Positions 1 to 6,931 of a stretch of 11,162 nucleotides of DNA are shown here, piece by piece (the first letter of the stretch is position 1; each line of letters begins with the position of its first letter). The DNA comes from Fibrobacterales bacterium (GTDB lineage: Bacteria > Fibrobacterota > Fibrobacteria > Fibrobacterales > JAOPTW01): NCBI GenBank assembly GCA_051532035.1, contig JAOPTW010000100.1, positions 1 through 11,162 of the forward strand, written 5' to 3'. The notes under the pieces were generated by a model. It searched no databases, was not told the origin of the DNA, and saw only the letters and a program-made list of their open reading frames with translations. The position numbers were made by a program, and so were the translations under genes.

Positions 1-798
1 ATCGATATTCAAGAGTTCATGGTTGCTCCTGTTGGCGCAAAATCATTTTCTCATGGTCTTCAGATGTGTACTGAAATTTTCCACTCTCTTAAGAAAATTC
101 TTGCTCAAGATGGTCACCTAACAACTGTTGGTGATGAAGGTGGATTCGCTCCTAACGCTAAAAATGTTGATGCGGTTTTCAAATATATCCTTAAAGCGGT
201 TAAAGCTGCTGGATACGAGCCAGGTGTTGATATCAAAATCGCTCTTGACTCAGCTGCTTCAGAATTCTATGATGCAAAACTTGGAAAATATGTTTTCAAA
301 AAATCTACTGGTGCACAAAAATCTTCTAAACAGATGATTGCTTTCTACCAAGGTCTTTGTAAAAAATACCCAATCTACTCTATCGAAGATGGGTTAGATG
401 AGAATGACTGGGATGGATTCCAGGCGCACACAAAAGCTGCTCCAGGTCTTCAACTTGTTGGTGATGATTTGTTTGTTACTAACCCTGTTCGTCTTAAACA
501 AGGTATTGAATCAGATACTGCTAATGCAATCCTTATCAAAGTTAACCAAATTGGTTCAGTTACAGAGACTCTTGATGCTATTAAAATGGCTCAAAAAGCA
601 AACTACGGTGTTGTTTGTTCACACAGATCTGGTGAGACTGAAGATTCATTCATTGCTGACCTTGCTGTTGGTACTGGTGCTGGCCAAATCAAAACTGGTT
701 CACTTTCACGTACAGACCGTGTTTGTAAATACAACCAACTTCTTCGTATCGAAGAAGAGCTTGGTAAAACAGCAAAATGGAAAAAGAATCGTTTCTAG
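1..798 (+). CDS. eno: Enolase (phosphopyruvate hydratase), 5'-truncated by the window edge
   Basis: Frame is open from base 1 ([10 protein letters not shown]...), so the ATG at 19 is internal. Enolase motifs: [72 protein letters not shown]. Stop TAG at 796-798. Confidence 0.99.
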   Translation: MDIQEFMVAPVGAKSFSHGLQMCTEIFHSLKKILAQDGHLTTVGDEGGFAPNAKNVDAVFKYILKAVKAAGYEPGVDIKIALDSAASEFYDAKLGKYVFKKSTGAQKSSKQMIAFYQGLCKKYPIYSIEDGLDENDWDGFQAHTKAAPGLQLVGDDLFVTNPVRLKQGIESDTANAILIKVNQIGSVTETLDAIKMAQKANYGVVCSHRSGETEDSFIADLAVGTGAGQIKTGSLSRTDRVCKYNQLLRIEEELGKTAKWKKNRF

Positions 799-825
799 TC
801 CATTAGCTCAATACTGATACTATTT

Positions 826-858
826 AAAAGCCGACTGGATTTCCAGTCGGCTTTTTTT
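826..858 (+). terminator. Rho-independent terminator of eno
   Basis: Perfect 9-bp stem GCCGACTGG (830-838) / CCAGTCGGC (843-851), loop ATTT, then T7 (852-858). AAAA at 826-829 extends the stem and may allow weak bidirectional use. Confidence 0.95.
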
Positions 859-892
859 ATACTTATACCACTAACCTTATCAAAGACTGTTC

Positions 893-1705
893 ATGAACAA
901 TTCTATCAGCTATTATATAAATAAGATTATAGTGGTAGGAGTATTGTTTTTCTCTTGGGGGATGAGCTCCGATTTAGAAACTCAAAATAATGAATACCCT
1001 TATGAGCTTTCTTATAAAATAGATATTCCAATGCTCCTCACTGGTGGCTTGGTATTAGGTGTTGGGCAATGGCGTCTGTCAGAGATGGATAGTTGGGAGC
1101 CCAATAAAAGTGTCTATAACTTACCATGGGATAGGCCTTTCAGGGGGGATTACAATGTAGATGCAGAAATAGTTAGTGATCTATTGCCTTTATTCAGTAT
1201 TGCTCCTCTTTTTTTAGCGTATAGAGAGAGCACTGTTCCTTGGAACAAAAGTACTGAATTACTTAGTGATGGTGTGATGTTGTTAGAAGTTCTCACTTTT
1301 AGTGCTGGGATAAATTTTATTATACGGAGTTCTGAATTATGGCCACGACCTTCGGTTTATAGTACAAAAACTCCTCAAAAAGATCTTGAAAATAATTCTA
1401 GTTCAGGGTCCTTCTATTCTGGGCATGTGAGCGATGCCTTTGCAGTCGCAACATTTTTAACTACCACCTATTCAACAAAATATCCCGATCATCCTCACAC
1501 TAAGTGGTTGGCGTTGAGTACGTATAGTTTAGCTTCAGCAATATCATATTTCAGAGTAAAGTCTGGAAAGCATTATCCAACAGATGCATTTGTTGGAGCT
1601 GGAATAGGTGCCTTCATAGGGTGGATTGTTCCGCAGGTACACATGAATAGTCGGTTTTTACTCAACACTGGTATTGATAGAATTGTTGTGTCATTTATAT
1701 TTTAA
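893..1705 (+). CDS. PAP2-family (type 2 phosphatidic acid phosphatase-like) membrane phosphatase
   Basis: Three PAP2 motifs: C1 RSSELWPRP (K-x6-RP with K->R), C2 SFYSGH (PSGH variant), C3 FRVKSGKHYPTD (SR-x5-H-x3-D). Several hydrophobic segments and an N-terminal signal-like segment. No clear RBS, so the start is less certain. Confidence 0.9.
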   Translation: MNNSISYYINKIIVVGVLFFSWGMSSDLETQNNEYPYELSYKIDIPMLLTGGLVLGVGQWRLSEMDSWEPNKSVYNLPWDRPFRGDYNVDAEIVSDLLPLFSIAPLFLAYRESTVPWNKSTELLSDGVMLLEVLTFSAGINFIIRSSELWPRPSVYSTKTPQKDLENNSSSGSFYSGHVSDAFAVATFLTTTYSTKYPDHPHTKWLALSTYSLASAISYFRVKSGKHYPTDAFVGAGIGAFIGWIVPQVHMNSRFLLNTGIDRIVVSFIF

Positions 1706-1755
1706 AAACACTTTTTACTTTAATTTTTTATTCTTTTACATGAGATGATTTACCC

Positions 1756-2436
1756 ATGCCACTAATGAAAAACATATTAGCTCTTTATTTACTGTATATC
1801 TTGAGTTCTTTTCAACTCTTTGCTGCAGAAGAATTCCCCCAAATTGATTCATCAAAAATTTCTGAAATGCATTTTGTAAAACGAGTTGTGCATCTTAATA
1901 AAGATTCAATTTCATCAGGTATAAAACTGCGTAATGTCGGTTTAATTTATGCTGCTCAATGGGCATACTACATTCCAGGTCAATGGGAAACTATTCAAGA
2001 GCATGGCTCTTTTAAAAATTGGTATAGTAATATGCCAAAATTGCATTTTGACAAGGACAGTTATGACTATAACCTAATTCTCCATACCTTAACTGGGAAT
2101 TATTATTATCATTTTTTTAGGTCGCAAGGTTATTCAAAACAGAGCTCGGTAACATGGGCATTTTTGAGTCATTTAATGTTTGAATTTACCGTAGAGACTG
2201 TAACAGAAGCTCCAAGCGTTCAAGATATTTATCAGACACCAGTATTAGGGGCACTTCTTGGGATGTCTACAGAATACTTGGGTCTTAAATTGATCAATTC
2301 AGATTTTATACCAGCACAAGTGATAGGATATGCATTATGCCCTTTTGCCTTGTTTCCATTTACCTCATATAAAGTCGTGTCTCTCCCAACTCTTTCTTCT
2401 ACATATGTTGGCTATCAATTTATAGCACAATTTTAA
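1756..2436 (+). CDS. DUF3943-like domain protein with signal peptide
   Basis: FDKDSYDYNLILHTLTGNYYYHFFRSQG...S...FEFTVETVTEAPSVQDIYQTPVLGALLG matches my recollection of the DUF3943 pattern (DxD..N...H...G..YY...R..G...E...E.PS.qD...TP..G..lG). Signal peptide MKNILALYLLYILSSFQLFA. The true start may be the in-frame ATG at 1765. Confidence 0.8.
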   Translation: MPLMKNILALYLLYILSSFQLFAAEEFPQIDSSKISEMHFVKRVVHLNKDSISSGIKLRNVGLIYAAQWAYYIPGQWETIQEHGSFKNWYSNMPKLHFDKDSYDYNLILHTLTGNYYYHFFRSQGYSKQSSVTWAFLSHLMFEFTVETVTEAPSVQDIYQTPVLGALLGMSTEYLGLKLINSDFIPAQVIGYALCPFALFPFTSYKVVSLPTLSSTYVGYQFIAQF

Positions 2437-2447
2437 GGGAATACTTT

Positions 2448-3236
2448 ATGAAAAATATTGTTTTAATTTTAGGCTGTATCTGTGGGGTTGTGTTCGCGAA
2501 TGAGCCAACTCAGTGCGATGATCATTTAAATATTTTTAGTCAAAAAGATTCGCTTTATGGAGATCTTGATGAAAAGTATATGAAAATTATTTTAGATAAT
2601 CAATTTGCTCCCGTACAATGGAAGAAGAGCAGGGCCGGCTGGTGGTATTACTTGGTTTCTACTGGCCTAAATGGTGGAAGCATGATAGCTAATCATGATA
2701 AGACTGATGGTAATGTAGGTATGCATATTGGTACCGCAATTGGGTACGCATCGAGGAGTTTGTACTCATTTGAAATTGGGTCGATGGTTGCAGTGGACTT
2801 TTACGATGAAATTCCTGCTCAAAATGCAAATGAAGAGTTAGGTAAAATGGTGTTTTGGAATACAAAATTCTTTTGGGCTGTAAGGTTTCTTCTACCTAAT
2901 GTAACAATTACACCGACATTTATGCCTTATGTAAAGTTACTCCAAGGATGGGGGAAGGGTGTTGGTTTTTTATTTGCACTTGATGAAGGTTACGAAAAAT
3001 TAGCACCCTACCGGTTCCAATTTGAGGGTCCACTTTTTGGGTTTAGTATTGGTAATATGTTTAATCCCATAGCGGGAACACCTTGGTTTGTAGAATTTAC
3101 AACGACACTTCAAACATTTTGGAATGGGTATCAAATAGATGGGAATAGCGTTGTTCCAGAGATAAAACGAGTAGAAATGACAGAAAACTCTCGTCTATTT
3201 CACTTTGCACTCTCTGTTGGGGTAAACCTCTTTTAG
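2448..3236 (+). CDS. Hypothetical exported protein, probable outer-membrane beta-barrel
   Basis: RBS-like AAGGGA just upstream. Signal peptide MKNIVLILGCICGVVFA. Many Gly/aromatic alternating strands (MHIGTAIGY, YSFEIGSMV, LFGFSIG, WFVEFTT) and C-terminal FHFALSVGVNLF. The CDS is well supported; the fold is inferred. Confidence 0.7.
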   Translation: MKNIVLILGCICGVVFANEPTQCDDHLNIFSQKDSLYGDLDEKYMKIILDNQFAPVQWKKSRAGWWYYLVSTGLNGGSMIANHDKTDGNVGMHIGTAIGYASRSLYSFEIGSMVAVDFYDEIPAQNANEELGKMVFWNTKFFWAVRFLLPNVTITPTFMPYVKLLQGWGKGVGFLFALDEGYEKLAPYRFQFEGPLFGFSIGNMFNPIAGTPWFVEFTTTLQTFWNGYQIDGNSVVPEIKRVEMTENSRLFHFALSVGVNLF

Positions 3237-3327
3237 TAAAAACAGGCATTTTGAGGGATGTATGTTTTAATAGATTGAGAATGTTTAGAAGGTAGGGCGT
3301 TGTTTACATCAGTTGAGTAGTGACAGA

Positions 3328-3356
3328 TTGCTCAATTTTCAATATCACAGTATAAT
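3328..3356 (+). promoter_or_regulatory. sigma70-type promoter of the two-component operon
   Basis: TTGCTC (3328-3333), 17-bp spacer, perfect TATAAT (3351-3356), ending 22 nt before the ATG at 3379. Confidence 0.7.
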
Positions 3357-3378
3357 AGATTGATACTCAGGGTTTATT

Positions 3379-4653
3379 ATGTCAAATAGTGGTGATGAAA
3401 AAAGTGCTGAAGTACATGTACTTCATAAGCGTATCCAATCGTTGGAGCGGACTCTTGCTGATTTGACACATGAAAACGCATTACTCCGCAGAGGTGAGAA
3501 TGCGCATAACACGGTCACTTCAGCATTGTCAGATTATGTATATACTGTTCAATTTCAAAATGGAAAGCCTGTAGAGGCAGTACATGATATGTCGTGTACA
3601 CATGTTACGGGGTTTACTCCAGAGGAGTATCAACGACTACCGGATCTGTGGATCAGTATGATTCCAGAGGAGCATAAAAAAACCTTTCTTGATTTTACTG
3701 AAACAATTGCACAGGGTGGGTTTCCCGGTGTTTGTGAGCATGTGATAATACGTAAAGATGGAGAGCGACGTTGGATACGTATAACGCCAGTCTTATTTTA
3801 TAATTCAGATGGATCAATACGTTCTTACAAAGGGTATGTTAATGATATCCATGAATATAAACAAGTATGTGAAGAGAGAGACCTGAGTAAACAGCAGTTA
3901 CTCCAAGCAGATAAAATGAAAAGTCTCGGAGTATTGGTTGCTGGTGTTGCGCATGAGATTAATAACCCAAATAATCTTATTGCATTCAATGGTGATTTGT
4001 TGACCAGGTTCTGGAACGAATTACTCAATACACAATGTATTCCAGAAGATGTTTTGATAGGCGCATTTTCTCAGCAAGAGTTTGTATCTGAATTTTCCAA
4101 ATTGATAGAAGGGGTGAAAGAAGGGTCTTTTAGAATAAAAAATATTGTAGAGAGTTTAAAGGACTTTGCTCAAGGAGATTCTGGGAAATTTCGTGATACC
4201 ATAGATCTAAACAAAGTGGTTGATTCGTCGCTTTTTATTTTAAGCACACTTATAAAAAGTCATAATGTCGAGCTTGTACTGACAGTGGAGAAAAGACTTC
4301 CATTGGTGAGAGGAAATTTTTTGCAATTAGAGCAAGTAATAATAAATATTATTTCTAACGCTTGTCAATCGTCTACAAAAAAGAATATCATGGTATCTAT
4401 AGCAACTCAGTTTAAAGGCGATGAGGTGATTGTTATTGTGACTGATAATGGAGATGGCATACCAACTTCTCATATGGATTCACTTTTAGATCCCTTCTTT
4501 ACAACAAAACGGGAGGTAGGGGGGACAGGATTAGGGTTATCAATTTCGTATGGGATTATACAAAAGCATGGGGGGGAAATGCAATTTGATTCAGTAGAAG
4601 GTGAGGGGACTACGGTGGCAGTTTCACTCCCTGAATTACAGGAGGGACTATGA
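3379..4653 (+). CDS. Cytoplasmic PAS-domain sensor histidine kinase (NtrB-like)
   Basis: N-terminal coiled coil; PAS/PAC (TGFTPEE...IPEEH...IIRKDGERRWIR...DI); H-box AGVAHEINNP; N-box QVIINIISNA; G1 DNGDGI; F-box DPFFTTK; G2 GTGLGL. No transmembrane segment. Confidence 0.96.
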   Translation: MSNSGDEKSAEVHVLHKRIQSLERTLADLTHENALLRRGENAHNTVTSALSDYVYTVQFQNGKPVEAVHDMSCTHVTGFTPEEYQRLPDLWISMIPEEHKKTFLDFTETIAQGGFPGVCEHVIIRKDGERRWIRITPVLFYNSDGSIRSYKGYVNDIHEYKQVCEERDLSKQQLLQADKMKSLGVLVAGVAHEINNPNNLIAFNGDLLTRFWNELLNTQCIPEDVLIGAFSQQEFVSEFSKLIEGVKEGSFRIKNIVESLKDFAQGDSGKFRDTIDLNKVVDSSLFILSTLIKSHNVELVLTVEKRLPLVRGNFLQLEQVIINIISNACQSSTKKNIMVSIATQFKGDEVIVIVTDNGDGIPTSHMDSLLDPFFTTKREVGGTGLGLSISYGIIQKHGGEMQFDSVEGEGTTVAVSLPELQEGL

Positions 4654-6080
4654 TTAGTAATAGATATGATCTTGAAATATTACTTGTAGATGATGAAAAG
4701 CATTTTATAGATTCAGCAAAACTCTATTTAAAAACAGAAGGATATACAAATTGTATCAGTTGTAGCGACAGTACCCAAGTGAAAAATATTCTTGCTCAAA
4801 ATGATATTGCAATTGTCTTTCTCGATGTAATGATGCCTGGAGTGAGCGGGCGAGAATTGCTGGAGTACATTCAGAGTGAGTATCCACATATTTTAGTCAT
4901 TATGATAACAGCAATTAATGAAATTGAAATGGCGGTGAGCTTAATTAAAGGCGGGGCTTTTGATTATTTACAAAAACCAATTACGCCAGATTCTCTGGTA
5001 ACGACCTTAAAAAAAGCCGTAGAACATATCGTTTTACGGAATCAGTCTCTGCAGTTAAAGAATACTCTTTTTGATTCTACAAAAAATATTGACCCAGCAT
5101 TTGAAACTATGGTCACCCAAGATCAACATATGTTTAAAATATTCTCTTATATAGATGCTATTGCCGAGACAAATGCACCAGTTCTAATTCGGGGAGAAAC
5201 GGGGACAGGTAAAGAGTTACTTGCACAGTCAATTCATAAGAGAAGTGGGCGCACTGGAGAATTTGTTGCTGTAAATATTGCGGGTGTCGACGACACTCTT
5301 TTTGCAGATACTCTTTTTGGACATCAGAAAGGTGCCTTCACGGGAGCTGATAACGAGAGAAAAGGGCTTATTGAACAAGCTCAAAATGGCACAATATTTT
5401 TGGATGAGATTGGTGACCTTAAACATGAAAGTCAGGTTAAGTTATTGAGGCTGATACAAGAACAACAGTATCACCCCCTTGGTGCAGATACTCCTAAAAA
5501 GAGTAGTGCACGAATTGTCACTGCTACTCATGTTGACCTAACCTTTGCCAAAAACGAGGGCCATTTTAGAAAAGACCTCTATTATAGGCTGCAAGCTCAT
5601 GAGGTTACTATCCCACCTTTACGGGAACGAAAAAGTGATCTCCCTTACCTAATACATTCTTTTGTAGAACATGCCGTTGCTGAATTGCATAAACAACACA
5701 TTCATATTCCCGACGAGCTTTACTCTTTATGCAATAACTACTCATTTCCTGGGAACGTGAGAGAATTAGAGTCACTTGTTTTTGATAGTGTCAGTCGTAG
5801 TCAGGGAAGTGTACTTTCGTTGAAGTCAATCAAAGATAAAATGTATGATCCCAAAACGCAAAGTGAAATCGAATTATTAATTGACCATGATAACAATAAG
5901 ACAGAAAGAGAAATTTTAAAAACATTGGCGCACTTGCCAAATGCTGAACGTATGGAAGAGGCGCTTATTGATGAAGCGCTTCATAGAACAAAGGGGAACA
6001 AGTCTCAAGCAGCGCAACTTATTGGATTAACGAGACAGACACTAACCAATAAGTTGAAAAAAAGAGATGGAGGGACATAA
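4650..6080 (+). CDS. sigma54-dependent response regulator (NtrC/AtoC family: REC, AAA+, Fis-type HTH)
   Basis: Receiver LLVDDE...FLDVMMPG...T...KP; Walker A GETGTGKE; GAFTGA loop; Walker B FLDEIGD; FRKDLYYRL; FPGNVREL; HTH NKSQAAQLIGLTRQTL. ATGA overlap with the kinase stop (4650-4653) and AGGAGG RBS indicate translational coupling. Confidence 0.98.
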   Translation: MISNRYDLEILLVDDEKHFIDSAKLYLKTEGYTNCISCSDSTQVKNILAQNDIAIVFLDVMMPGVSGRELLEYIQSEYPHILVIMITAINEIEMAVSLIKGGAFDYLQKPITPDSLVTTLKKAVEHIVLRNQSLQLKNTLFDSTKNIDPAFETMVTQDQHMFKIFSYIDAIAETNAPVLIRGETGTGKELLAQSIHKRSGRTGEFVAVNIAGVDDTLFADTLFGHQKGAFTGADNERKGLIEQAQNGTIFLDEIGDLKHESQVKLLRLIQEQQYHPLGADTPKKSSARIVTATHVDLTFAKNEGHFRKDLYYRLQAHEVTIPPLRERKSDLPYLIHSFVEHAVAELHKQHIHIPDELYSLCNNYSFPGNVRELESLVFDSVSRSQGSVLSLKSIKDKMYDPKTQSEIELLIDHDNNKTEREILKTLAHLPNAERMEEALIDEALHRTKGNKSQAAQLIGLTRQTLTNKLKKRDGGT

Positions 6081-6098
6081 TTATATTTCTGGGTAATA

Positions 6099-6917
6099 TT
6101 AAATCTCATCTTGATGTAATTCATGGAGCATGAGGGTTCCACCCGATACGAAGAGTGGCATGAGAAACATGTTGAGAAGTGGTATTATTGCAAGTCCATA
6201 GAGACAACAGCCAAATCCAAATGAATTAAAAGGGTGTTTGATCATAAAAATAATTCGTTTACCGAGTTTCCATTTTTTACGGTCCATAGAATAACTCATT
6301 GCATCATAGGCTAACCAGAAGCTGGCGTAGGCAATGAGGAGTATAGTTACTATCACTTGGCCAGGACCTATAATGATGAATGAGGCAAACCAAAGGGGAA
6401 GAAAAATAGCAAGAAATATGAGTAACCCCTGCAGTTCGGCAAAGAGGGAAATAAGAATGCTATCTTTAAACTCCTTAAAACTTGTTTTTGAAGGCTCTTT
6501 TTGTAATAAAATATTTTCAACATTTTCACTAAGAATATCATTAAATGGAGCGCTAAGAATTTTTAGTGTTATAAGGTAAAAGAGAAGTGCAATAATTATT
6601 GAGAAAAACCATATAATTAATTTTGCAATCATTGCAATGAACTTCCAGAATCCTTGGCTTGCTACCTCACCGATGGTGTCAATAAGACCTTGCTCACCTT
6701 GGACTTCGATGGCTGTTTCACTCTCTTCTATAACAGAGGTTGGTATAATGAGCTCATTAAAAAAATCGACCATACTACCAAGATTCATTACCAGAGGTAT
6801 AAAGAGTAGAAGTGATATGAGGGCTGGTAAATAACAATACTTCCATAATGTTTTATGCGATTTTAAAAAGAGAAATCCTTCAATAAGAAAACCAAGTCCG
6901 GGTAATATTCTAAGCAT
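6099..6917 (-). CDS. EI24/CysZ-like integral membrane protein
   Basis: Family-like motifs GFLFLKSHKTLWKYCYLPALI, ILSAPFNDILSENVE, DAMSYSMDRK, FGFG...IIPLLNMFLMPLFVSGGT; multiple hydrophobic helices; RBS AAGGAG upstream of the ATG. Confidence 0.85.
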   Translation of the reverse strand: MLRILPGLGFLIEGFLFLKSHKTLWKYCYLPALISLLLFIPLVMNLGSMVDFFNELIIPTSVIEESETAIEVQGEQGLIDTIGEVASQGFWKFIAMIAKLIIWFFSIIIALLFYLITLKILSAPFNDILSENVENILLQKEPSKTSFKEFKDSILISLFAELQGLLIFLAIFLPLWFASFIIIGPGQVIVTILLIAYASFWLAYDAMSYSMDRKKWKLGKRIIFMIKHPFNSFGFGCCLYGLAIIPLLNMFLMPLFVSGGTLMLHELHQDEI

Positions 6918-6931
6918 GTCTATCTCCTTTT

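Noticed and set aside
766..798. Lys-rich enolase C-terminus ([10 protein letters not shown]) as a plasminogen-binding moonlighting signal
   Set aside because: The terminal residue is Phe, not Lys; enolase tails are variable and nothing here indicates a host-associated role.
128..817. Alternative-frame ORFs 128..337 and 398..817
   Set aside because: They overlap the unambiguous enolase; their Leu-rich content is a by-product of eno codon bias.
3825..5426. Antisense ORFs 3825..4028 and 5229..5426
   Set aside because: Short shadows of the kinase and regulator with no recognisable motifs.
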